This document shows, piece after piece, positions 31,594 to 40,054 of a stretch of 64,000 nucleotides of DNA. The notes beneath the pieces were generated by a model that did not search any database, was not told where the DNA came from, and saw nothing but the letters and a program-made list of their open reading frames with translations. The DNA comes from an uncultured Xenococcaceae cyanobacterium (lineage in GTDB: Bacteria > Cyanobacteriota > Cyanobacteriia > Cyanobacteriales > Xenococcaceae). A program made the position numbers and the translations under genes. Within the stretch, counting starts at the first letter, position 1; each line of letters starts with the position of its first letter. Location: the NCBI GenBank assembly GCA_937996665.1, contig CALKUU010000263.1:1337-65336 (forward strand), in the 5' to 3' direction.

Positions 31594-33693
31594 TCATTTC
31601 TCCAAGACTTTTAAGATAAAAGCATAATCAAAAGCCCTTTCTCGTAGTTTGGTATAACGAGCAGAAGAACCAGCATGTCCAGCAGTCATCTTCATTTTTA
31701 ACAGAAGCAAATTATCGTCTTTTTTAAGCTCACGCAGTTTGGCTACCATCTTGGTTGGTTCCCAATAGGTAACTTGCTCATCGGTTATCCCCGAATTAAA
31801 AAGCATGTTGGGGTAATCTTTGCTCTCCACATTATCGTAAGGAGAGTAGCTCAACATATATTTAAAGACCTCCTTACTTTGCAGCGGGTTTCCCCATTCA
31901 TTCCATTCTGGTGGAGTTAAGGGTAATGTTTCATCACAAATGGTACTGATAACATCGACAAAAGGAACATCCAGAATAACCGTTTGAAAGAGTTCGGGAG
32001 CTATATTGGTAATCGCACCCATGAGTAGTCCTCCTGCACTCCCACCATTAGCGACAATTTTCCCTTTGGAACTATATTGATGCTTAATTAAATATTCACA
32101 GCAAGAAATGAAATCCTTGAAAGTGTTGATTTTTTTGTCCATCTTGCCATCTAGATACCATTGATAGCCTCGATCTGATCCTCCGCGAATGTGAGCAGTA
32201 GAACAGGAAAACCCTCGATCTACCAAGCTGATGATATTGGCTGAGAAATAGGCTGGCATCGAGTAACCATAAGATCCGTAGCCATAGACAAATCCTGGGG
32301 CTTTACCATCTTGGACAAATCCTTTTTTACTAATAATCGTCAGCGGAATTTCCTCCCCGTCATGAGCTGGGGCAAAGACTCTTTTAACTTGGTAGTTATC
32401 GGGATTGAAGTTAGGACATTCCCCTGGTTTAACCACCGATATTGCCCCTGTTTCCAGATTGTACTCTTGGGTTTCACTGGGTCTAATGGGTGATTGATAG
32501 CTAAACTGAATCGTTTTACTATCAAACTCCAATGCTCCTATATAGCCAAGGGAGTATGCTTCATCCTTCATCTCGATTTCACTGGTTTTCCCAGTATCAA
32601 GATTGCGGATCACAATTTTGGGAAGTGCTAGTTTATTGTCGTTAATGTTCATGACCAGATAGTCATGATAGAGATCGATGTCTTCAATGTAGAAGCGTTG
32701 ATCGTGGGCAATCAATTCCGACCAATTCTCTTTCTCCCTCTGCTCTGGGGAACAGGTCATAATCTTATTGTTCGGACATTGATCGGCGTTGCTAAGAATA
32801 TAAAATCGACCTTGCCCCGAATCTAAGGAAATGAGGGTATCTTGTTCAAGCTCGTGGAAGAGGGTCGGCTGGGCTTTGGCATCTTGGGCATCCAGAAGAT
32901 AAATTTGGTTGGCGTTAGTATCACCAAATTCCAAAACGAGATAATTTTTATCGCTGGTCAAGTAAATCGACATAAAAAGATTGCTCAACTGAGCTGGTCG
33001 CTCAAAGACCAATTCTCTTTTCTCTGGTCCTTCGTGCAAGGGAAAACGATAGAGTGCTTGTCCTCTCCCATCTTGAGGATCTCGTTTAATATAGTAGAGA
33101 TGGTTATAGTCCTGACACCAAACTACGCTCCCTGTTGTCTCTGTTGCTTCCCAAGGAAAATCTTGACCACTTTCGAGATCACGTACTTTGACCGTATATT
33201 CCATCGAACCAGTGGTATTTTCTGAATAAGCGAGATAGCGATCGCCTTCGCTTCTACTCAGAGTTCCCAGACTATAGTATCCCCTGCCCTGAGCCTCGGC
33301 GTTAACATCAAAGTAGATTTCTTCTGTGGCTTCTAAGCTTTCTTTTTTACGACAATAGTAAGAGTAGTCTTTTCCCTTTTCAATCCGACCGTAATAGAAA
33401 TATTGTCCATGTTTCAGTGGGGCACTACTATCATCTTCTTTGAGACGAGAGAGCATTTCCTGATAAAGATCTTCTTGGAGTTGTGAAGTGTCCTCCATGA
33501 TCGACTCGGTATATTCATTTTCAGCGTTTATATAGTCACGGACTTGCTGATTTTTAAAATCAAGATCCCCTTTGATAAATTTTTGCCAGTTTTGATCACG
33601 CAACCAGTGGTAGTTATCAATGCGCTCAATGCCGTGATTACTTGCTATGAAAGGAATCTTTTGGGCACTAGGGGGTTGAATTTTTTCTGTCAT
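31594..33693 (-). CDS. ptrB: Oligopeptidase B (S9A serine peptidase)
   Basis: DNYHWLRD, YVYGYGSYG, AHIRGG, GGSAGG nucleophile, DEQV, AGHAG. Confidence 0.9.
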   Translation of the reverse strand: MTEKIQPPSAQKIPFIASNHGIERIDNYHWLRDQNWQKFIKGDLDFKNQQVRDYINAENEYTESIMEDTSQLQEDLYQEMLSRLKEDDSSAPLKHGQYFYYGRIEKGKDYSYYCRKKESLEATEEIYFDVNAEAQGRGYYSLGTLSRSEGDRYLAYSENTTGSMEYTVKVRDLESGQDFPWEATETTGSVVWCQDYNHLYYIKRDPQDGRGQALYRFPLHEGPEKRELVFERPAQLSNLFMSIYLTSDKNYLVLEFGDTNANQIYLLDAQDAKAQPTLFHELEQDTLISLDSGQGRFYILSNADQCPNNKIMTCSPEQREKENWSELIAHDQRFYIEDIDLYHDYLVMNINDNKLALPKIVIRNLDTGKTSEIEMKDEAYSLGYIGALEFDSKTIQFSYQSPIRPSETQEYNLETGAISVVKPGECPNFNPDNYQVKRVFAPAHDGEEIPLTIISKKGFVQDGKAPGFVYGYGSYGYSMPAYFSANIISLVDRGFSCSTAHIRGGSDRGYQWYLDGKMDKKINTFKDFISCCEYLIKHQYSSKGKIVANGGSAGGLLMGAITNIAPELFQTVILDVPFVDVISTICDETLPLTPPEWNEWGNPLQSKEVFKYMLSYSPYDNVESKDYPNMLFNSGITDEQVTYWEPTKMVAKLRELKKDDNLLLLKMKMTAGHAGSSARYTKLRERAFDYAFILKVLEK

Positions 33694-33843
33694 ATCAACT
33701 ATTTGGTTGGTTATTGCTTGGCTATTGCAGAGGAAAGTAAGCTTAATTATCCTAAGATAAATTATTCAAGGTCAACAACATCTATAGACTTATGGATTTT
33801 TGTTAGTCTTTTCACTACAAGTATTTAAGGTATATGACCTGGT

Positions 33844-35262
33844 ATGTCTGATTCGATTTTATTTTGGCATCGTTGCGATTTGCGTATTACAGACAATATT
33901 GGTCTAAGTGCAGCCAGGCAAATAAGTCCTCAAATCATAGGTGTATTTTGCTTAGATAAAAATATTTTGAGTCGCGATGACATAGCTCCAGCAAGGATCA
34001 AATATATGCTGGGTTGTTTGGCTCAGTTGCAGCAGAGTTATCAGAGTTTGGGTAGTAGACTTTTGATTATCGAAGGTAAGCCAGCCCAGGCAATTCCTGA
34101 ATTGGCAGCAAGTCTAAAAGTTCAGGCTGTTTACTGGAATCTGGATGTCGAACCCTATTCACAAGAGCGCGATCGCCAAGTAAAGACCGCTTTAGAGAAT
34201 AACAACATAGAAGTCAAAACCTTTTGGGATAAGCTGCTTCACTATCCAGGCGAAATTTTAACCCAATCAGATTTACCCTACAAAGTCTATACTCCCTTTT
34301 GGCGAAACTGGATTAAGCAAACCAAAGTGAGCATCGCCAGCCCTATTAATGCTCTAGAAGATTTCACGAATAATCAGCAAGTAGCCGCAGAAATTAAGCT
34401 ACCTACTCTTGCGGAACTCGGTTTTGAATGGTCACAAGATTTATTGTTAGCTCCAGGAGAAGATTCGGCGCGATCGCAACTAGAAAAATTCTCTCAACAG
34501 CAAATCTATGAATACGATCAACAGCGAAATTATCCTTGGCAAGCTGGCACATCTTTGTTGAGTGCTGCTCTTAAATTTGGCGCGATTGGTATTCGCACAG
34601 TCTGGCTCGCCACCACTGAAGCTTTAACAAACTGTCAGAGCGAAGAAGCACAAGCAAATATTATTACGTGGCAAAAAGAACTAGCTTGGCGCGAATTTTA
34701 TCATCATTGTTTATATTTTTTTCCTGAACTTGCCCAAGGTCCTTATCGTCAGGATTTTCAGGATTTTCCTTGGGAAAATAACTCAGAACATTTTCAAGCT
34801 TGGTGTCAGGGTCAAACAGGTTATCCCATAATCGATGCAGCAATGCGACAACTTAATCAAACTGGTTGGATGCACAATCGCTGTCGGATGATCGTAGCTA
34901 GCTTTCTCACCAAAGACTTGATTATTGATTGGCGTTGGGGTGAAAAATACTTTATGCAAAAGTTATTTGACGGTGACTTAGCTGCTAATAATGGCGGTTG
35001 GCAATGGAGCGCTTCTAGTGGCATGGATCCCAAACCTCTGCGGATTTTTAACCCTGCTTCTCAAGCTCAAAAGTTTGATTCTGAAGCCGAATATATTCGT
35101 CAATGGCTACCCGAACTTAGCTCGATCGCCACAGGACAGCTAGTATCAGGAAAAATACCCGATCTAGAGCGCTATCGCTGCAATTACCCTCAACCAATTG
35201 TCGATCACAGCGTTCAACAACGCCGCTTCAAAGAACTATATAAGCAGCAAAAAGGTAGGTGA
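33844..35262 (+). CDS. phr: Deoxyribodipyrimidine photolyase (class I)
   Basis: [52 protein letters not shown]. Confidence 0.93.
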   Translation: MSDSILFWHRCDLRITDNIGLSAARQISPQIIGVFCLDKNILSRDDIAPARIKYMLGCLAQLQQSYQSLGSRLLIIEGKPAQAIPELAASLKVQAVYWNLDVEPYSQERDRQVKTALENNNIEVKTFWDKLLHYPGEILTQSDLPYKVYTPFWRNWIKQTKVSIASPINALEDFTNNQQVAAEIKLPTLAELGFEWSQDLLLAPGEDSARSQLEKFSQQQIYEYDQQRNYPWQAGTSLLSAALKFGAIGIRTVWLATTEALTNCQSEEAQANIITWQKELAWREFYHHCLYFFPELAQGPYRQDFQDFPWENNSEHFQAWCQGQTGYPIIDAAMRQLNQTGWMHNRCRMIVASFLTKDLIIDWRWGEKYFMQKLFDGDLAANNGGWQWSASSGMDPKPLRIFNPASQAQKFDSEAEYIRQWLPELSSIATGQLVSGKIPDLERYRCNYPQPIVDHSVQQRRFKELYKQQKGR

Positions 35263-35369
35263 AAAAATCAACTAGAATATCTACTCAATTTGCCCCTATC
35301 TAAGCAAAAATGATTGTCAGTAGACTCGAACAACTATGTTCAAAACCTTTCAATGCTTACGGCAGGGGT

Positions 35370-35522
35370 TTGGGGAGGTCGTAATCCTCCCCAATATCTG
35401 GGGGCGCGGGGGAAGAATCCCCCGATTGAAGTTTGGCTTTAGCAGAAAACTTTAAGGGTTTGTCTGAGAAGTGTAATTTGTGACTTTAACGCCCCCTAAA
35501 TCCCCCAAATTTGGGGGACTTT
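35370..35522. repeat. Cluster of GC-rich REP-like palindromes
   Basis: TTGGGGAGG/CCTCCCCAA (35370-35394); CGGGGGA/TCCCCCG (35407-35424); TCCCCCAAATTTGGGGGA (35501-35518) in a CCCCTAAATCCCCC...GGGGGACTT context. Confidence 0.7.
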
Positions 35523-35628
35523 TAAGTTAACCCACTCTTATTTTCCCTTAATATTAGGATGCGAGTAAAAAATGTAAAAACTTTTCAGATGTCTTCAAAG
35601 AGTCTAACGAAGTTCTCATAAAGACTAT

Positions 35629-36330
35629 CTAAACAACTAACCCAAAATAAATACTCAAAGGCACAACAATAAAACCAAGAGTTATCAAGATTGCAATAAC
35701 TAAAGAAATTGTATAGAACAGGCTACTAGCCTTACCCTCCAAAACTCCCAACGATTGGGCTGCACTCCAAACACCATGACGCAAGTGAACCCCCAAAAAC
35801 AAAATAAAACCCACATAACTTAGGGTATAAAAAGGATTATGGAAAGTTTCGATTACCAAACTTGCTAAATCCCTAATTGCTTCTCCATTTGCGATAATGC
35901 TTTGGGTATCACCAAACTTGAATGTGATCAGATGCCAACCTAAAAAAGCTAAAGTCAGTAAACCCGTAAGCGCCATTGAACGAGAACTAAGAGATTGCTT
36001 ACTAGGAGAACCCGCACTCTTCATTTGTTGATAAGGGAGCGATCGCGATCGCCAAGCTTGCAGACGAATAGAAATACCAACTACAAGATGTAAAACAATT
36101 GCCAAACCAAGAATTAACTCAACGCCATTAAAGATAAAACCCCAACGATCAAGATTATGCGCCAATTGATTGTATGCCTGGGGCTTCTTAAGAAGTAGTA
36201 AGTTTCCCAAAGCATGGAAAACTACAAATAGGATTAACCCAAAACCAGTTAAACCAGTAATAAATTTTTTCCCTAGTGAAGATTGGAAAAATTTTAACCA
36301 AGACGTTTGACTGTCATTAGAAAGGTTCAT
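35629..36330 (-). CDS. sdhC: Succinate dehydrogenase cytochrome b subunit (b558 family)
   Basis: SSLGKKFITGLTG, FHALGNL, HLRHGVWSAAQSLG; five TM helices. Confidence 0.85.
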   Translation of the reverse strand: MNLSNDSQTSWLKFFQSSLGKKFITGLTGFGLILFVVFHALGNLLLLKKPQAYNQLAHNLDRWGFIFNGVELILGLAIVLHLVVGISIRLQAWRSRSLPYQQMKSAGSPSKQSLSSRSMALTGLLTLAFLGWHLITFKFGDTQSIIANGEAIRDLASLVIETFHNPFYTLSYVGFILFLGVHLRHGVWSAAQSLGVLEGKASSLFYTISLVIAILITLGFIVVPLSIYFGLVV

Positions 36331-36569
36331 TAACTTAGTTTGATTGCTTTAAACTGTATAACCTGTATAACTCATATTTAGATTTTAGCTATATATACGA
36401 AGTCAAAATAAATAGCCAAATCAAATATTTTCTAGGCAATCAATATTCTGATCGCTCAAATTAAGTTCCCAATTTGAATTAAAAAAAATTGCCTCTGTAA
36501 ATTTTATAAATACCCGTTTTTGTAGTATGTGCTAGCATTCTTCAATAAAACAGTATCCATCGTAATCAT

Positions 36570-37064
36570 ATGGGTAAAGTGTTAGTTTTGAATGCTTCCT
36601 ATGAGCCACTCAATATTACGAGTTGGCGTCGGGCGATCGTCTTATTGATTAAAGGTAAAGCCGAACAACTTGAGCATAGTAATAAAATCCTTTATGCTGA
36701 TTTACCTTTTCCCACCGTAATCCGACTTCGCTACTATGTCAGGATTCCTTACAAAGAAATCCCTCTAACCAGGCGCAATATCCTAGAGCGCGATCGCAAC
36801 ACATGTCAATATTGCAAAGCGAGGGAGAAACTTACCCTAGACCATATTGTTCCTCGTTCTCGGGGAGGAGTTGAAAGTTGGGAAAATTTGGTTGCAGCCT
36901 GTGTGCGTTGTAATGTCAAAAAAGGCAATCGTACTCCCAAAGAAGCTGATTTAGTCCTACTGAAAAAGCCGCGTAGACCGCACAGTAGTTTGCACTTTGA
37001 ATTAATTAAGTGCACCCAAAATAACCATAATCAAGAATGGAAAAAATATTTAATTGGAATATAG
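36570..37064 (+). CDS. HNH endonuclease (conserved cyanobacterial type)
   Basis: VLVLNASYEPL, RDRNTCQYC, TLDHIVPRSRGG, ACVRCNVKKG. Confidence 0.9.
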   Translation: MGKVLVLNASYEPLNITSWRRAIVLLIKGKAEQLEHSNKILYADLPFPTVIRLRYYVRIPYKEIPLTRRNILERDRNTCQYCKAREKLTLDHIVPRSRGGVESWENLVAACVRCNVKKGNRTPKEADLVLLKKPRRPHSSLHFELIKCTQNNHNQEWKKYLIGI

Positions 37065-37235
37065 TCAAATCGCTTTTCTTTCTTGATACTCGGAGCGCTG
37101 ATAGTATAAATACCTACCTCTAAGTGATAAGCTTATAGACTATTCTAAATTCCTTCTCTAATAAAGTACTTATTTTTATCAGTTTATTTTCGTTGCCAGT
37201 TTACTTAATATCTTTAATCCTCCTCTCCCAAAAAA

Positions 37236-38468
37236 ATGTCGTCCAAATTAACAGCTTTTTCTCAAAATAGTGCAGACAAAGGTTTCCCAAAATCTCCTGT
37301 CGAGTTAGTCGATATATCCAAAGATGATGCTTTGAACTCTTCTCCCTCAGATGATAGTAAAAGTTTTTCTAAAATTATTCAGAGTTTTCAAGACACTCTT
37401 AAAAAGCATCAGGATGAATCACAAATTATTGTTATTCAGGACTTTCCCGATCCAGATGCTCTTTCTAGTGCTTGGGCATACAAATTGATAGCAGAGAACT
37501 ACAATATTCGTTGCGATATAGTCTATGGGGGGAGACTGTCTCATCAAGAAAATATTACCCTTGTTAAGCTAACTAATTTGCCTGCTCAAAGGCACACTGC
37601 TGAATCTCTTCAAAAACTTGATTTGTCAAGTTACCAGGGTTGTGTCCTAGTAGACAGTCAGGGTACTAATAGTCAGCTTTACCCTATCTTGAGAGAAGCT
37701 CAAATTCCCTTAACTGTGGTCATAGATCATCACAGTAAGCAAAAAGAGCTGGATGCTGAATTTATAGATCTTCGTCCTCAAACTAGAGCTACGGCAACGA
37801 TCCTCACCCAATATCTTCAAGCTGGGATTTTAAAGCTTAATAATAGTAATCAGGTTCATGTTAAATGTGCGACGGCTTTAATGCATGGTCTTCGCTCCGA
37901 TACCAATCGTTTAATGTATGCAGAGGAAGAGGAGTTTTTAGCTGCTGCCTATCTAAGTCGTTTATACGATTCTCAATTACTTAGTGCTGTTTTACAATCT
38001 GCAAGATCTCGTCGGGTCATGGATATTATTGAGCGTTCATTACGTAACCGAATGAACAAAAATAACTTCTCTATCTCTGGTGTCTGTTATCTCCGTTATG
38101 ATGACCGCGATGCCATCCCCCAAGCGGCAGATTTTCTAGTAACGGAAGAAGATGTTCATACTGCGGTTGTGTATGGAATTGTTCATGATGAAGATCATGA
38201 TATTGAACTGGTTATTGGCTCGCTAAGAACTACTAAACTTACCCTCGATCCTGATGAGTTCATCAAAGAGGCTTTTGGTCATGATACTCAAGGTAGGTTT
38301 TTTGGTGGAGGAAGGCATATGGCAGGAGGCTTTGAAATTCCTATTGGTTTCTTAGGTGGTTTTAATGATAATTCCGATTATGCCAAGCTCAAATGGGAAG
38401 TTTTTGATCGGCAAATTAAGCAAAAACTGCTGCGTTTAGTTCATCCTGATGACAATTTAACAATTTAG
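37236..38468 (+). CDS. DHH family phosphoesterase (NrnA-like)
   Basis: QDFPDPDALSSA, LVDSQG, VIDHH, GLRSDT, GGRHMAGG. Confidence 0.88.
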   Translation: MSSKLTAFSQNSADKGFPKSPVELVDISKDDALNSSPSDDSKSFSKIIQSFQDTLKKHQDESQIIVIQDFPDPDALSSAWAYKLIAENYNIRCDIVYGGRLSHQENITLVKLTNLPAQRHTAESLQKLDLSSYQGCVLVDSQGTNSQLYPILREAQIPLTVVIDHHSKQKELDAEFIDLRPQTRATATILTQYLQAGILKLNNSNQVHVKCATALMHGLRSDTNRLMYAEEEEFLAAAYLSRLYDSQLLSAVLQSARSRRVMDIIERSLRNRMNKNNFSISGVCYLRYDDRDAIPQAADFLVTEEDVHTAVVYGIVHDEDHDIELVIGSLRTTKLTLDPDEFIKEAFGHDTQGRFFGGGRHMAGGFEIPIGFLGGFNDNSDYAKLKWEVFDRQIKQKLLRLVHPDDNLTI

Positions 38469-38783
38469 TTGCGATCTCTTGGCTATGGCGCTAGCTATAT
38501 TTATCTTGTTTGAGCCTTTAATACTGTTGTCTTACTTAGAGGTATTTACAGTTAAGTTTAAATAAATCTATCTAGATCGCCTTTTTCTGTAATTGGCGAA
38601 TGTTTTGCGTAGTTTTAGCTATTATTAGTCTTTTTAACTTTTTTTGGTGATCTTACTATCCAGTTTGGGTAATTTAAGATCACGACTATCCTTTTAAAGT
38701 TTATATTTTACTTTTTTATTATTTAGTAAACATCAAGGAACCTAAAAAGCTCTAAAGCTCCTAACTACCTTAATAAAGATTAC

Positions 38784-40025
38784 ATGTCTCACCCTGACTC
38801 TCTATCCCAAATAACAAGTGAATATGAAGCAGCGTTTAAACTAATCGATGTCGTGTTTTCTTTGGAGTCTTGTTTACATCACCAAATTCTACCTCTAGAA
38901 CTCTTCGATAATCATCTTGTGGTAGGGATGGTAGATCCAAAAAATATCAATACAATTCAATTTATTCGTCCAATTTTGCAATCTTTGGGGTATGGTTTTC
39001 ATGTTCAGGCAGTCGATATCCAAACTCACCAACTAGTTATTGCTTCTTATTTACAGCGTTCTCCTAATAGCGATTCTAGCTCTGTAGAGTCCAATTCCAG
39101 TAATTATAATGCTGCTGATTTGCGTCCTGGTCGGTTTCTAGAAGAGCAGAATAAGAACATTCCTCTTCCAGTAGGTTCTGATGGGCATTCTGCTCCTACT
39201 CTATTCGAAGACTATCTTGACGATGAAGAAATAGAGGAGCCAAAACCTTTAAAACATCACTCTCATAATCTTCATGATCGACCTACTTTAATTGTTGATG
39301 ACGTCAAATCTTCGCTAGATGCCATTTCTTTTGAGTATGATAATTCCAGAATTTTTTCTAGTCAGCCGCAGATAGATAATACTGTACTTAATCAAGTCTT
39401 AACTGATAAAAGTGCTGGTGAACCTGTGATAGAGAGCAGTTCTTCTGTCGCCGTTGATCATGTTGAGGAAGTTCCTGACAAATCAATTCAAGGGTTAATG
39501 GATTTACCGCCAAAACTCTTGTGGCAAGAGTTATTATCTGGGGCGATCTCGGGTGGGATCGGGAGACTTTTTTTTCGCAGACTTGCTACTCATGGTCATA
39601 TAATGTGCAGTCGAGATGGCGTTATTCAATCTTCTTTGGAAGATGTGTCCCTTGAAGTTTTTAGTGAGGTGGTTCAAGAAATTAAGAAAATGGCTAAGTT
39701 GCCACTATCTAAGCTGAAAAAAAATAAAAAAGTTGCTCTCCAGAAGTTTCATGACGGGGAAAGGGTTCTCTTACGAGGTGAGTTCTTTATTGGTGAGTTT
39801 GGTGATGAGATTACTCTTCAGGTTTTAAGAGGTCAGGCCTTGCATTTTTATGAGCAAAGACAGGTTGATAAAACCTTAAAAAAGGCTATTTATCTGGGTC
39901 GGCAACTTGAAAAAACTCTCAGAAAAATAAAAATGTGTAGTACTTCTGCTGAGCTTGGAGATTTAAATGCTCTCAAAGAAACTCTCAAGCAAGTCGATAA
40001 GCGATTACGACTATTAGATTCGTAA
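38784..40025 (+). CDS. GspE/PilB N-terminal-domain protein without an ATPase core
   Basis: CLHHQILPLEL...LVVGMVDP resembles the T2SSE N-domain; C-terminal DGVIQS...ERVLLR...EITLQVLRG; no Walker A found. Confidence 0.6.
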   Translation: MSHPDSLSQITSEYEAAFKLIDVVFSLESCLHHQILPLELFDNHLVVGMVDPKNINTIQFIRPILQSLGYGFHVQAVDIQTHQLVIASYLQRSPNSDSSSVESNSSNYNAADLRPGRFLEEQNKNIPLPVGSDGHSAPTLFEDYLDDEEIEEPKPLKHHSHNLHDRPTLIVDDVKSSLDAISFEYDNSRIFSSQPQIDNTVLNQVLTDKSAGEPVIESSSSVAVDHVEEVPDKSIQGLMDLPPKLLWQELLSGAISGGIGRLFFRRLATHGHIMCSRDGVIQSSLEDVSLEVFSEVVQEIKKMAKLPLSKLKKNKKVALQKFHDGERVLLRGEFFIGEFGDEITLQVLRGQALHFYEQRQVDKTLKKAIYLGRQLEKTLRKIKMCSTSAELGDLNALKETLKQVDKRLRLLDS

Positions 40026-40054
40026 AGAGCAATTCTTGGCTCATCTGATTTTGG

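Noticed and set aside
36354-36371. CTGTATAAC tandem dimer upstream of sdhC
   Set aside because: Only two 9-bp units; slippage or chance cannot be excluded.
36570-37064. HNH nuclease as a possible defence or homing element
   Set aside because: It has the widespread standalone VLVLNASYEPL-type N-terminus, with no adjacent methylase, intron or repeats.
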